From the NCBI GenBank assembly GCA_913063835.1, contig CAJXZV010000001.1, forward strand, positions 1,366 to 65,365: a stretch of DNA of 64,000 nt. The letters are read 5' to 3'. The position numbers and the translations under genes were made by a program. This DNA is from an uncultured Eubacteriales bacterium. Its GTDB lineage: Bacteria > Bacillota > Sulfobacillia > UBA995 > UBA9673. This document shows, in pieces, positions 1-11,384 of this stretch; the first letter of the stretch is position 1; each line of letters opens with the position of its first letter. The notes under the pieces are model-generated. The model was not told the DNA's origin and made no database searches. It saw only the letters and a list, made by a program, of their open reading frames with translations.

Positions 1-236
1 CCCTGCGCATCCCGGAGCTCTTGAAGCGTCTGAAGTCGTCCTCGTTCAGGGAGGTCATCCTGGCCACCAACCCCACGGTCGAAGGAGAGGCCACGGCCAT
101 GTACCTCGCCCGCCTGCTCAAGCCTCTCGGCCTCAAGGTCACGCGCATCGCCCGGGGAATACCCGTCGGGGGCGACCTCGAGTACGCCGACGAGGTGACC
201 CTGTCCAGAGCCCTTGAGGGAAGGCGCGAGGTCTGA
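1..236 (+). CDS. recR: Recombination protein RecR, C-terminal part (5' end lies outside the window)
   Basis: Toprim-domain motifs [18 protein letters not shown] and [16 protein letters not shown]; the reading frame is open to position 1. Confidence 0.8.
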   Translation, partial: LRIPELLKRLKSSSFREVILATNPTVEGEATAMYLARLLKPLGLKVTRIARGIPVGGDLEYADEVTLSRALEGRREV

Positions 237-364
237 AAGGCCCCGGGATCAGAAGGCCCCCAGGCGCCCCCCCGGAAAAGGACTCTGTTGTATAAGACCC
301 CCCCGGGCATGGCCAACAATAGAGGACGAGAGCAAGGGGCAAAAGCCCGGATGGGGGGCCAGGC

Positions 365-634
365 TTGGTCTCTATCGGAGACCTTGTCAACGTCATCTCC
401 TCGAAGCTCCTGCCCGACGTCGAGTTCGGTCTTCCCACCGGAAGGCCGCCTTCGCCCCGGGAGAGCATCCGGCGGGCCCACGAGGAGTGGCTCGCGGCGA
501 AGAACTACTTCGAGACGGTCTCAGACCCGGACCTGGTCGACCACGCCATATACCTCCTCGGGGCGGCCGAGCGGAAGTACATGTACCTCCTGAAGCGGGC
601 CAAGACCGAGGGCGTGGACAGTCCCACGTTCTGA
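365..634 (+). CDS. yaaL: YaaL-like DUF2508 protein; the true start may be later
   Basis: C-terminal WLAAKNYFETVSDPDLVDHAIYLLGAAERKYMYLLKRAK matches the DUF2508 pattern. It sits between recR and bofA as in B. subtilis. Confidence 0.55.
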   Translation: MVSIGDLVNVISSKLLPDVEFGLPTGRPPSPRESIRRAHEEWLAAKNYFETVSDPDLVDHAIYLLGAAERKYMYLLKRAKTEGVDSPTF

Positions 635-723
635 CCGCCGCGCCCGTCGCCGCCCCGTTCTAACCCCGACCTCCGCGGAATAGCCCCTACTGCAGGAAGC
701 CTCCAGGCGGGGGGTGCGGCGCC

Positions 724-987
724 GTGGACGCCCAGGCCGTCCTGGCCTACCTCTTCGCGCTCCTCCTCATCTACGTGCTGTTCCGCCTCATCTACGGTCC
801 TCTCCGGCTGGTCGCCCGGCTGGCCTACCGGACTCTCCTCGGAGCCCTGCTCATCTGGGTGCTCAACCTGGGTGGCAGCCTCCTCGGCTACCACATCGCC
901 CTGAACCTGCCCACGGCGATGGTGGCCGGGCTCCTCGGGGTGCCGGGCATCGTGGTGCTTTTCCTCCTTCAGCGGCTCGTCGCCTGA
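724..987 (+). CDS. bofA: Pro-sigma-K processing inhibitor BofA (GTG start)
   Basis: 87 aa with two TM segments. Motif NLGGSLLGYHIALNLPTAMVAGLLGVPGI resembles B. subtilis BofA. The recR-yaaL-bofA synteny is conserved. Confidence 0.7.
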   Translation: MDAQAVLAYLFALLLIYVLFRLIYGPLRLVARLAYRTLLGALLIWVLNLGGSLLGYHIALNLPTAMVAGLLGVPGIVVLFLLQRLVA

Positions 988-1131
988 CCGGGGCGGGCCC
1001 CCTGCCGCGCCGCCGCCCGGGCGGCGGACCTCGACCTCACCGCCGCTCTCCAGAGATGCCCCGCGAGCCGCACGGGCGGCGAGTTCTTTCCCGCCGGCGG
1101 TGGCACACTCTCTACGGAGGGACGTTCGAGG

Positions 1132-1719
1132 TTGGCGAGGCTGACCGAAGTCCGCTGGCACGGGCGCGGCGGTCAGGGGGCGAAGACCGCCGCCCTGCTC
1201 CTGGCCGAGGCGGCGTCAGAGGCCGGACTTTTCGTCCAGGGCTTCCCGGAGTACGGACCGGAGAGGATGGGGGCTCCCGTCCTCGCCTACAACCGTCTCA
1301 GCGACGAACCCATAACCCTCCACAGCCATGTGGCCCGGCCCTCTGTCATCGTCGTGCTCGACCAGACGCTCATCAGGTCCGGGGAGGTCGTGGCCGGGCT
1401 GACCGAGGGCGGCGCGGTCGTCGTCAACACTCCGGACTCCCCCTCCCGGATGCGCGAGAGGCTCGGCCTCTCGGACCGGGGCGGAGTCCGGGTGGCCGTC
1501 GTCGACGCCAGCCGCATCGCCGTGGAGACCATCGGCCGGGCCATCCCCAACACCCCGATGATGGGCGCGGTCGTCCGCGTGACCGGACTGATGGAGCTCA
1601 CCCGCTTCCTGGAAGTCGTCCGGGGGCTCCTCGAGGAGAAGTTCGCGGGGCGGCCGCGGCTCATCGAAGGGAACGCCAGGGCCGTCGAGAGGGCCTACAG
1701 AGAGGTGAGGGTCGATTGA
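1132..1719 (+). CDS. porG: 2-oxoacid (pyruvate or 2-ketoisovalerate):ferredoxin oxidoreductase, gamma subunit
   Basis: N-terminus VRWHGRGGQGAKTAALLLAEAA is typical of POR/VOR gamma subunits. Confidence 0.8.
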   Translation: MARLTEVRWHGRGGQGAKTAALLLAEAASEAGLFVQGFPEYGPERMGAPVLAYNRLSDEPITLHSHVARPSVIVVLDQTLIRSGEVVAGLTEGGAVVVNTPDSPSRMRERLGLSDRGGVRVAVVDASRIAVETIGRAIPNTPMMGAVVRVTGLMELTRFLEVVRGLLEEKFAGRPRLIEGNARAVERAYREVRVD

Positions 1720-2027
1720 CCGTGCGTGAGGGCGCCGGGTGGAAGGAAATCCCTCGGGGCGGCCTCATCCTTGAGCCGGGGAACGCCGTCGCGTACGAGA
1801 CAGGCGACTGGCGCACCTTCCGGCCCGTCTGGCATGAGGACCGGTGCATCCAGTGCCTTCTGTGCTGGGTGTACTGTCCGGACGCGGCCATAGAGGTGAA
1901 GGACGGCAAGGTCACCGGTGTCGACTACCGGTACTGCAAGGGATGCGGCATCTGCGCCACCGAATGCCCCGACAAGGCCCACGCCCTGGAGATGATCCGG
2001 GAGGAGGAGGCGGGGGCCGATGGGTGA
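1716..2027 (+). CDS. porD: 2-oxoacid:ferredoxin oxidoreductase, delta subunit (2x[4Fe-4S] ferredoxin)
   Basis: Two cysteine clusters, CIQCLLCWVYCP and CKGCGICATECP. TTG/GTG start overlaps the porG stop. Confidence 0.75.
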   Translation: MTVREGAGWKEIPRGGLILEPGNAVAYETGDWRTFRPVWHEDRCIQCLLCWVYCPDAAIEVKDGKVTGVDYRYCKGCGICATECPDKAHALEMIREEEAGADG

Positions 2028-3357
2028 GGACGTCAGACCGGGGACGGCGGAGGCCGCGGGGCGGGACGACCGGGCCCGGCGGAGGAGGACGGCGCTCACC
2101 GGCAACGAGGCCGTGGCCCTGGCCATGCGCCAGGTCGAGCCGGACGTGGTCGCCGCCTACCCCATAACCCCTCAGACCGACATCGTGCAGTTCTTCGCTT
2201 CCTTCGTGGCCGACGGCCGCGTGAAGACGGAGTTCGTGACCGTCGAGAGCGAGCACAGCGCGATGAGCGCCGTCGTGGGGGCCTCGGCCGCCGGGGCCAG
2301 GGCCATGACGGCCACGTCCGCCAACGGGCTGGCCCTCATGTGGGAGGTCCTCTACATCGCCTCCGGCAGCCGCCTGCCTATCGTCATGCCCGTGGTCAAC
2401 CGCGCCCTGAGCGCCCCCATCAACATCCACTGCGACCACTCGGACGCCATGGGGGCGAGGGACTCGGGTTGGGTCCAGCTCTGGTCTGAGGACGCCCAGG
2501 AAGCCTATGACAACGTCATCCAGGCCGTGAGGATCGCCGAGGACCCACGGGTCCTCCTCCCGGTGATGGTCTGCTACGACGGTTTCATCATCAGCCACGC
2601 CCTCCTGAACCTCGAGGTCCTGACGGACGACGAGGTGAAGGAGTTCGTCGGAACCTACCGTCCCGACCGCTCCCTCCTCGACCCCGACCGCCCCGTCACG
2701 GTCGGGCCCCTGGACCTCTACGACTTCTACTTCGAGCACAAGCGCCAGCAGGCCGAAGCCATGGCCGCCGCCCGGGAGGTCATCCCCGAGGTGGCCGCGG
2801 CCTACGCCGCCCTCACGGGCCGGTCGTACGGGATGATGGAGGCCTACCGCCTGGCGGACGCCGAGGCGGCCGTCGTCGTGCTCGGCTCTGCGGCCGGGAC
2901 AGCCCGCTTCGTCGTCGACCGGTTGCGGCGGGAGGGCCGCAAGGCGGGGCTCCTCAAACTGCGGGTCTTCAGGCCCTTCCCGGCGTCGGAGATGGCCGAG
3001 GCCTTGGGCGGCCTCCGCGCCGTCGCCGTCATGGACCGGTGCGACGGCTTCTCGGCCGCCGGCGGACCGGTGTTCAACGAGGTCCGTTCGGCCCTGTACG
3101 GGCTCGACGGGGTGCGGCCGGACGCCGCGGGACGGCCGCAGGGTCGGGCCCCGAACGGCCCGCCCTTGGTCGTGAACGTGGTCTACGGGCTCGGTGGGCG
3201 GGACGTGGACCCCGAGGACATCGAGGCCGTGTTCGACCTGCTCTTCCGGCGCATCGAGGGAGAGGAGCCGCGCGGGGAGGACGGCGCAGGGGTCCTGAGC
3301 CGGTCCCTCCGACCGTCGCCCAACACAGAAGTGCACTACCTGGGGGTCAGGGAGTGA
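2020..3357 (+). CDS. porA: 2-oxoacid:ferredoxin oxidoreductase, alpha subunit
   Basis: LTGNEAVALAMRQVEPDVVAAYPITPQT and a transketolase-like C-terminus. Start overlaps the porD stop (ATGGGTGA). Confidence 0.85.
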   Translation: MGEDVRPGTAEAAGRDDRARRRRTALTGNEAVALAMRQVEPDVVAAYPITPQTDIVQFFASFVADGRVKTEFVTVESEHSAMSAVVGASAAGARAMTATSANGLALMWEVLYIASGSRLPIVMPVVNRALSAPINIHCDHSDAMGARDSGWVQLWSEDAQEAYDNVIQAVRIAEDPRVLLPVMVCYDGFIISHALLNLEVLTDDEVKEFVGTYRPDRSLLDPDRPVTVGPLDLYDFYFEHKRQQAEAMAAAREVIPEVAAAYAALTGRSYGMMEAYRLADAEAAVVVLGSAAGTARFVVDRLRREGRKAGLLKLRVFRPFPASEMAEALGGLRAVAVMDRCDGFSAAGGPVFNEVRSALYGLDGVRPDAAGRPQGRAPNGPPLVVNVVYGLGGRDVDPEDIEAVFDLLFRRIEGEEPRGEDGAGVLSRSLRPSPNTEVHYLGVRE

Positions 3358-3361
3358 AGGG

Positions 3362-4327
3362 ATGAGCCTGAAGGTGAAGAGCCTCAAGGAGCTCGCCGCC
3401 GCGCCGCAGTGGCTCACACCGGGACACCGCATGTGCGCCGGGTGCGGGGCCCCCATCGCCATGAGACAGCTCCTGGCCGCGGCGCCCAGAAGGGTGGTCG
3501 TCGGATGCGCCACCGGCTGCCTCGAGGTGGCGACGACGATATACCCCTACACGGCGTGGCGGTGCTCCTTCATCCACAGCGCCTTCGAGAACACCGCCGC
3601 CACCATGAGCGGGGTCGAGGCGGCCTACCGGTCTCTCAGGCGGCAGGCCAGAGTGGAGGCCGACTTCGTCTTCGTCGCCGTCGGCGGCGACGGCGGGACG
3701 TACGACATCGGGCTCCAGTCGCTCTCTGGGATGCTGGAGCGAGGCCACCGGGTCGTCTATGTGTGCTACGACAACGGGGCCTACATGAACACGGGTGTCC
3801 AGCGCTCGAGCGCCACACCGAAAGGCGCCGCCACGACCACCTGTCCGGCCGGGGAGGCCTCGCCCGGGAAGCGGCAGCCGCGCAAGGACCTCCTCGCCGT
3901 CGCCAGCGCCCACGGCATCCCCTACGCCGCCCAGGCCGCGCCGAGCCACTGGCGGGACCTGGTGAGAAAGGCCGAGAAGGCCTTTCGGGCCGAAGGTCCG
4001 GCCTTCCTCAACATCCTGGCTCCCTGCCCGCGGGGCTGGCGGTACGACACGGCCCAGACCATCGAACTGACGAGGCTGGCCGTCGAGACATGCTTCTGGC
4101 CCCTGGTGGAGGTGGAGGAGGGGAGGTGGTCCATCACCTTCAGGCCCAAGAAGAAGAAACCGCTCCTCGACTTCCTCAAGCCCCAGGGTCGGTTCAGGCA
4201 TCTCTTTGAAGGTCAGAACCTGAAAATGATAGAAGAAATGCAGCGTGAGGTGGACGAGAACTGGAGGCGGCTCGAGGCTCTCGAGCGCCTCACGGCGCCG
4301 GCCGAGGGTCTTAGGCGAAGTTCTTAG
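3362..4327 (+). CDS. porB: 2-oxoacid:ferredoxin oxidoreductase, beta subunit (TPP-binding)
   Basis: CAGCG and GCATGC cysteine motifs and a GGDG TPP-binding motif. It immediately follows porA. Confidence 0.85.
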   Translation: MSLKVKSLKELAAAPQWLTPGHRMCAGCGAPIAMRQLLAAAPRRVVVGCATGCLEVATTIYPYTAWRCSFIHSAFENTAATMSGVEAAYRSLRRQARVEADFVFVAVGGDGGTYDIGLQSLSGMLERGHRVVYVCYDNGAYMNTGVQRSSATPKGAATTTCPAGEASPGKRQPRKDLLAVASAHGIPYAAQAAPSHWRDLVRKAEKAFRAEGPAFLNILAPCPRGWRYDTAQTIELTRLAVETCFWPLVEVEEGRWSITFRPKKKKPLLDFLKPQGRFRHLFEGQNLKMIEEMQREVDENWRRLEALERLTAPAEGLRRSS

Positions 4328-4345
4328 TTGAGGGAACGCGGAGGT

Positions 4346-4375
4346 TTGCCGCAGGGCCGTGGGGCGTGATATAAT
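4346..4375 (+). promoter_or_regulatory. Sigma-A-type promoter for tRNA-Gln (TTGCCG, 18-nt spacer, TATAAT)
   Basis: Hexamers with canonical spacing read directly about 50 nt upstream of the tRNA. Confidence 0.5.
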
Positions 4376-4424
4376 GTCCGGCGCGCGGGGCCGCCCGAGC
4401 GGCTCCTTTGAAAAGTGAGAACGC

Positions 4425-4498
4425 TGGGGGATGGTGTAGTGGTAACACGGGTGACTCTGGATCACTTGTCGGAGGTTCGAGCCCTCCTCCCCCAGCCA
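4425..4498 (+). tRNA. tRNA-Gln (anticodon CUG)
   Basis: Cloverleaf folded by hand: U1-A72 pair, TTCGAGC T-loop, anticodon loop CUCUGGA, discriminator G and encoded CCA. Confidence 0.8.
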
Positions 4499-4564
4499 GA
4501 CGACAGGTAGAGCGGGCGTTGGGCCCGCCTGACATACCACCCGCCGCGGAATAGGCCCTGAGGT

Positions 4565-4593
4565 TTGCAGCCGTCTCGCGACGCTGCTATAAT
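4565..4593 (+). promoter_or_regulatory. Sigma-A-type promoter for tRNA-Glu (TTGCAG, 17-nt spacer, TATAAT)
   Basis: Same architecture as the tRNA-Gln promoter. Confidence 0.5.
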
Positions 4594-4682
4594 GCAGGTG
4601 CCGTCGGCTCGGAGGCGCCCGACGGCAGACGGCGGCCGCCTCAGGAGCCGGACGTCGCAGCGGCCAGACCGAGAGACACAGT

Positions 4683-4758
4683 GGCCCAATGGTCTAGAGG
4701 CCTAGGACGCCGCCCTCTCAAGGCGGTAACACGGGTTCGAATCCCGTTTGGGCCACCA
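4683..4758 (+). tRNA. tRNA-Glu (anticodon CUC)
   Basis: Acceptor GGCCCAA pairs with TTGGGCC. Anticodon loop is CUCUCAA, the T-arm is ACGGGTTCGAATCCCGT, and CCA is encoded. Confidence 0.85.
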
Positions 4759-4768
4759 AGAGAAAGAA

Positions 4769-4800
4769 CCCAGCCCGTGGGAGACTCGGGCTGGGTTTTT
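4769..4800 (+). terminator. Rho-independent terminator after tRNA-Glu
   Basis: CCCAGCCCG-TGGGAGA-CTCGGGCTGGG hairpin followed by TTTTT. Confidence 0.8.
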
Positions 4801-4820
4801 GGTTTGGGCAGAAGGGTCAT

Positions 4821-5080
4821 GGCCGCGCACCCACCTTTGACCCTGTCCCTCCCGGCGGTACCGGCGGGGCAAGCTCGGACCAGGGGTACCCGCGGCACAC
4901 GGGAGAGCCTGCTTACCGCTGCTCCCTTCCGGGCCTGACGGGGTTCACAGGTTCCCGTTGCGCAGGGCCAGGTCGTCAACACCGCCGTCGCCGGCCGGCC
5001 CGACAGGAAAAGGCCGGGGGTGGGAATTCGACCCCGCTATAGCGGGTTGCGGGTTCAGGGCACCGCTACCTCCCCGTCTA
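4821..5080 (-). ncRNA. ffs: Signal recognition particle RNA, long Bacillus type with Alu domain (scRNA/ffs)
   Basis: The minus strand carries GTCAGGCCCGGAAGGGAGCAGC and GTGTGCCGCGGG (domain IV). It also carries GGGGAGGTAGCGGTGCCCTGAACCCGCAACCCGCTATAGCGGGGTCGAATTCCC (Alu domain), matching remembered B. subtilis scRNA. The 5' end GGCCGCGC pairs with the 3' end GCGCGGCC. Confidence 0.8.
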
Positions 5081-5148
5081 GCGCGGCCAAGACCGTAGTA
5101 TTCCAAGGATGGGCGTTAAGAAAGGGCGGAACGCTCATGAAGAATGAA

Positions 5149-5238
5149 TGGCGGAAGGGGCGGGATTCGAACCCGCGAGGCGGTCACCCACCTACACGCT
5201 CTCCAGGCGTGCTCCTTAGACCTCTCGGACACCCTTCC
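5149..5238 (-). tRNA. tRNA-Ser (anticodon GGA)
   Basis: Long variable arm. Anticodon stem-loop CACGC-CUGGAGA-GCGTG, GGTTCGAATCC T-arm, CCA encoded. Confidence 0.8.
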
Positions 5239-5286
5239 GACCCGAAGAGAGTCAAGACCGTGACCGTTTTCAATGTGCCTTGTGGC

Positions 5287-5380
5287 TGGCGGAGGGGGTG
5301 GGATTCGAACCCACGAGGCGGTCACCCGCCTACTCGATTTCGAGTCGAGCTCGATCGACCAGACTCCGACACCCCTCCGC
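5287..5380 (-). tRNA. tRNA-Ser (anticodon CGA)
   Basis: Long variable arm. Anticodon stem-loop CTCGA-CUCGAAA-TCGAG, CCA encoded. Confidence 0.8.
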
Positions 5381-5386
5381 GTCCGT

Positions 5387-5866
5387 CTACCCGGCCCGGC
5401 CGCCCGGCCCAGGGGCCCGCCTGGCCCGGAAGAAATCCTGCATCACCTTCGCGCACTCGGAGGCCAGGACACCCCGGCGCACCTCCAGCCGGTGGTTGAG
5501 GCGCTCGTCCTGGACGATGTTCATCAGGGACCCGGCCGCCCCGGCCTTCGGGTCGGCGACTCCGAAGACCAGCGTCCGGACCCTCGCCAGGACCAGGGCT
5601 CCCGCACACATCGGGCACGGCTCGACCGTCACGTAAAGGGTGGTCCCGTCAAGGTGCCAGGTCCCCTTGTCCGCGGCCGCCGCCCGCAGCACCACCACCT
5701 CGGCGTGGGCCGTCGGGTCGGACAGGGTCTCACGGAGGTTGTGGCCCCGCGCGATGACGGCCGAGCCGTCAACAAGAACGGCCCCGACGGGAACCTCCCC
5801 TTCGGCGGCCGCCTTCCTGGCCTCGGCGAGGGCCTCCTCCATGAAGTGCTCGTCCCTGGTTTTCAC
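5387..5866 (-). CDS. tadA: tRNA-specific adenosine deaminase
   Basis: HAEVVVLR and VEPCPMCAGAL zinc-binding deaminase motifs. Next to the SRP RNA, as tadA is next to scr in B. subtilis. Confidence 0.85.
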   Translation of the reverse strand: MKTRDEHFMEEALAEARKAAAEGEVPVGAVLVDGSAVIARGHNLRETLSDPTAHAEVVVLRAAAADKGTWHLDGTTLYVTVEPCPMCAGALVLARVRTLVFGVADPKAGAAGSLMNIVQDERLNHRLEVRRGVLASECAKVMQDFFRARRAPGPGGRAG

Positions 5867-5889
5867 GCCTCACCGCTGCTCTGCAAAGA

Positions 5890-5966
5890 TGGTGCGCCCG
5901 GAGGGACTCGAACCCCCGGCACAGGGATTAGGAATCCCTTGCTCTATCCACCTGAGCTACGGGCGC
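5890..5966 (-). tRNA. tRNA-Arg (anticodon CCU)
   Basis: Anticodon stem-loop AGGGA-UUCCUAA-TCCCT, CCA encoded. Confidence 0.8.
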
Positions 5967-5998
5967 GTCAAGCCAAGAACAGAATATGCAAAGGAAAA

Positions 5999-6076
5999 TG
6001 GTGCGCCCGAGAGGACTTGAACCCCTGACCTACTGATCCGTAGTCAGTCGCTCTAATCCAGCTGAGCTACGGGCGC
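5999..6076 (-). tRNA. tRNA-Arg (anticodon ACG)
   Basis: Anticodon stem-loop ACTGA-CUACGGA-TCAGT, CCA encoded. Confidence 0.8.
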
Positions 6077-6091
6077 ACGCACATCTTGGTC

Positions 6092-6187
<96 letters not shown>

Positions 6188-6298
6188 TATTCGGTTGTCA
6201 ATCGATCGGGCAGGCCGACCGTGCCGGCGGCCCGGCTTCAGGCTATCTGGCTTATTAAGGATAGCACAGGGCGACTCTCAACTCAAGGTCGGAGCTCC

Positions 6299-6385
6299 TG
6301 GCGGAGGGGGCGGGATTCGAACCCGCAAGCCCGAAAGGGCGCCGGTTTTCAAGACCGGTCCGTTACCGTTACGGTACCCCTCCGC
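6299..6385 (-). tRNA. tRNA-Ser (anticodon UGA)
   Basis: Anticodon stem-loop CCGGT-CUUGAAA-ACCGG, CCA encoded. Confidence 0.75.
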
Positions 6386-6549
6386 AGCCCTGTCGAACAC
6401 CCGTCAGGCGGCCTCTACTGAACGGCCTCTCTCCGGCCGGCGCAGAAAAACTATAGCACGCCCCTCTCGCAGGGGTCAATCGAGCCGCCGGCGCCGTCCG
6501 CGCGCGCCTCGTGCGCACAGGCCGCGGAGCCCCCGGGCGGAAGGTCCAC

Positions 6550-9087
<2,538 letters not shown>

Positions 9088-9091
9088 CACT

Positions 9092-9946
9092 TCAGGCGTC
9101 CAGACTCCCGGGTCCGCCCGCCCACTTGGCCCCCGGGATGGACACGGCCTTGCGGCATCCGCAGTCCGGGTCGTCCTCGACGCTCCGGATGGCCGCAGCG
9201 AGCAGGGAGACGACCCGCTCGTTGTTGGCCTTGAAGACCTCGAGGACCGCCTCATGGGTCACGGGCGGGACGCTCGGGTCGTCGGCCAGGCCCACGTCGT
9301 AGTCGGTGATGAGGGCCACGTTGGCGTAGCACATGTTCAGCTCGCGGGCCAGGACGACCTCGGGGTACTGGGTCATGGAGATGACCTCCCAACCCGCCTG
9401 GCTGAACCACTTGCTCTCGGCCCGCGTCGAGAAGCGCGGGCCCTCGATGACGACCACCGTGCCGCCGTCGTGCACGGTTATCCCCAGCCTGCGGGCTTCG
9501 GCGACCAGGAGGCGCCTGAGACGCGGGCAGTACGGGTCGGCCAGGCTGACGTGCACGGTCACCGGCCCGTCGTAGAAGGTGGCGGGGCGGCTCCGGGTGC
9601 GGTCGACGAACTGGTCGCACACCACGAAATCCCCGGGCTTCACGTGCGGCTGCAGGCTCCCGGCCGCGCACGGCGCGAAGACGGTCTTCACCCCGAGCTC
9701 GCGCATCGCCCACAGGTTGGCCCGGTAGGGTATCTTGTGCGGCGGATACTGGTGCCCTCGCCCGTGCCGCGGGAGGAACGCCACCCGCTTGCCCTCGAAC
9801 TCCCCCACGGTGATGACGTCACTCGGAGGGCCGTAGGGGGTGTCCACCCAGACCTCGACCGCGTCCTTGCCGAGGAGCTCGTAGAACCCCGAGCCCCCGA
9901 AGACGCCTATGTCGGCCTTGAACTTCCCTTCGGTGTGCTCGGCCAT
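9092..9946 (-). CDS. mtnP: S-methyl-5'-thioadenosine phosphorylase; start taken at MAEHTEGKFKADIGVFGGSGF
   Basis: PNP/MTAP family motifs GVFGGSGFY and RHGRGHQYPPHKIPYRAN. Confidence 0.8.
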   Translation of the reverse strand: MAEHTEGKFKADIGVFGGSGFYELLGKDAVEVWVDTPYGPPSDVITVGEFEGKRVAFLPRHGRGHQYPPHKIPYRANLWAMRELGVKTVFAPCAAGSLQPHVKPGDFVVCDQFVDRTRSRPATFYDGPVTVHVSLADPYCPRLRRLLVAEARRLGITVHDGGTVVVIEGPRFSTRAESKWFSQAGWEVISMTQYPEVVLARELNMCYANVALITDYDVGLADDPSVPPVTHEAVLEVFKANNERVVSLLAAAIRSVEDDPDCGCRKAVSIPGAKWAGGPGSLDA

Positions 9947-10302
9947 CGGCTCGACCTCCGCTTCCTCGTCACTTGTTCTTCCAATCGTCTTCTCCCCCGT
10001 CTTCCCCGGGAAGCTGAAAGCCCCTGACCGGAACGGCCAGGGGCGTGAAGGCACGCGGTGCCACCCTGTTTCAGGCCCTGCGCCCGGGCGCGGCCGCCGC
10101 GCAGGGCCTCTCGTTCGAGCGGTATCGGGCTCGACCCGCCGGCTCATCGCCTGGAGCTCCGGGGTGGATTTCAGCCCCCGCCGGGGCGGCTCGCACCGTC
10201 CGCCGCCTCTCTCACGCTTCCGGCAAAGGGCCTACTCTTCCCGTCATCGCCGCGGGCCGCGGTCAACACTGGAAGTCGCGGCCACCTCTTCGAGTTAGCG
10301 GT

Positions 10303-10332
10303 ATTATACAGTCCCGTGGGCGGAGGGGTCAA
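10303..10332 (-). promoter_or_regulatory. Candidate sigma-A promoter (TTGACC, 18-nt spacer, TATAAT) for the mtnP-mtnA operon, preceding a ~350-nt leader
   Basis: Hexamers read on the minus strand. No coding potential lies between this promoter and the mtnP start. Confidence 0.4.
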
Positions 10333-10616
10333 ACGCGGCGGCAGGCGAACTCCGGTTGCGGTCTCACGTTCTCAAGCGGTTTCATCGCTCTTCGCCCGGC
10401 GCCTGGAGCTTGGCGACCTTGTCCACAAGGCCTTGTGTAGATGGACCCGCTCCGCCCCGCGTAACGGTGCTCGAAGGCGCCTCTGAACTCTCGCAGACGT
10501 AAGGTGTGCCGCTCTCCGGGTCACGCCCCAACTGGCAGGTGAGGTCCCCGCCGATGGGGCTGACGAAGAGGGCGGCCGTCACCGGGTCGATGGTCGCGCA
10601 TCCGCGCTCCCGCGGC

Positions 10617-11384
10617 TCAGGAGCCCGGCTCGAACTCCACCAGCCGTGAGAGGGTCTTGGCGCCCGTATTCTCGTACTGGACCAACTGGTGCGGCGCCTC
10701 GGCGTTCACCCAGGCCGTCTGGCCCACCCCGACCAGCTCGACCTTCCAGCAGTCGAACCTCCCGAGGGGGACGGTCACCTCCTCCCGACCGACAACCCTC
10801 ACGGTGAGCCGGGCCTTGTTCGCCGTCTTGGAGACGATGAGGTTCACCGCTCGCTCCCATCCTTCACCAAGGGGGAACGCGCGGAGCGTGGCCACGAACT
10901 GCTCGTTGTCGAAGTAGGGAGGAGCCGGGAGCCTCACGGTCGCCTCCTGCGCTTCTCCGTTCACCGTGGCTGAGATGACCAGCTCCTTCTCCCCGTAACG
11001 GCCCGTCAGGGTCGCCTTCACCTGGGGGCTCTCGAGGGTGTAGTCTATCGCCTGCGGAAGCAGGGTCCCGGAGGCGACGCGGACAGCCGAAAGCTCGCTC
11101 CCCTGGGGGCTCCAGGTCTCCGAGGTGATGACCCACCCCCCGTCCGGAACGGCCGCCACATCGATCTTCCACTCGGCCACGAGGGCCCCGGTCTCGCTGT
11201 TGACGACCTCCAGCCGCGAGGACTCACCGTCACGCCAGGGGACGGTGAGCACCAGCGGCTCCTCTTCCGGCCGACGGCAACCCGAACCGGCGGCGGCCAA
11301 GACGGCCAGAGCGAGGACCGTCACCAAGATGCAGGCCAACGCCCTACCGGCACAAGAGCGGCCCCTAAGGGCATGACTTCGCAT
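10617..11384 (-). CDS. Secreted protein or lipoprotein of unknown function
   Basis: N-terminal signal peptide ending AAGSGC. No recognisable catalytic motif. Overlaps the upstream membrane-protein gene by 20 nt. Confidence 0.5.
   Translation of the reverse strand: MRSHALRGRSCAGRALACILVTVLALAVLAAAGSGCRRPEEEPLVLTVPWRDGESSRLEVVNSETGALVAEWKIDVAAVPDGGWVITSETWSPQGSELSAVRVASGTLLPQAIDYTLESPQVKATLTGRYGEKELVISATVNGEAQEATVRLPAPPYFDNEQFVATLRAFPLGEGWERAVNLIVSKTANKARLTVRVVGREEVTVPLGRFDCWKVELVGVGQTAWVNAEAPHQLVQYENTGAKTLSRLVEFEPGS

Noticed and set aside
214-663. Overlapping ORFs 214-663, 288-593 and 139-468 around yaaL
   Set aside because: Only the 365-634 frame yields the DUF2508 C-terminal signature. The others are alternative-frame artefacts.
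1912-3513. 533-aa minus-strand ORF antisense to porA and porB
   Set aside because: Antisense artefact of high GC content. Arg/Pro/Gly-rich and with no motifs.
5025-5060. GGGGGTGGGAATTCGACCCCGC looked like a tmRNA 5' end or a tRNA T-arm
   Set aside because: Read on the minus strand, it is part of the Alu domain of the Bacillus-type SRP RNA (CGCTATAGCGGGGTCGAATTCCC matches scRNA). There is no room for a 350-nt tmRNA.
9947-10340. S-box (SAM-I) riboswitch in the mtn leader
   Set aside because: I could not find the SAM-I core motifs (GAGGGA, GGCAACC, GGTGCCAATTCC). The region is retained only as an unexplained structured leader in the findings.
10382-10582. 66-aa minus-strand ORF in the mtnP-lipoprotein intergenic region
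   Set aside because: No RBS and no homology. It lies within the 3' end region of the lipoprotein gene and is likely non-coding.
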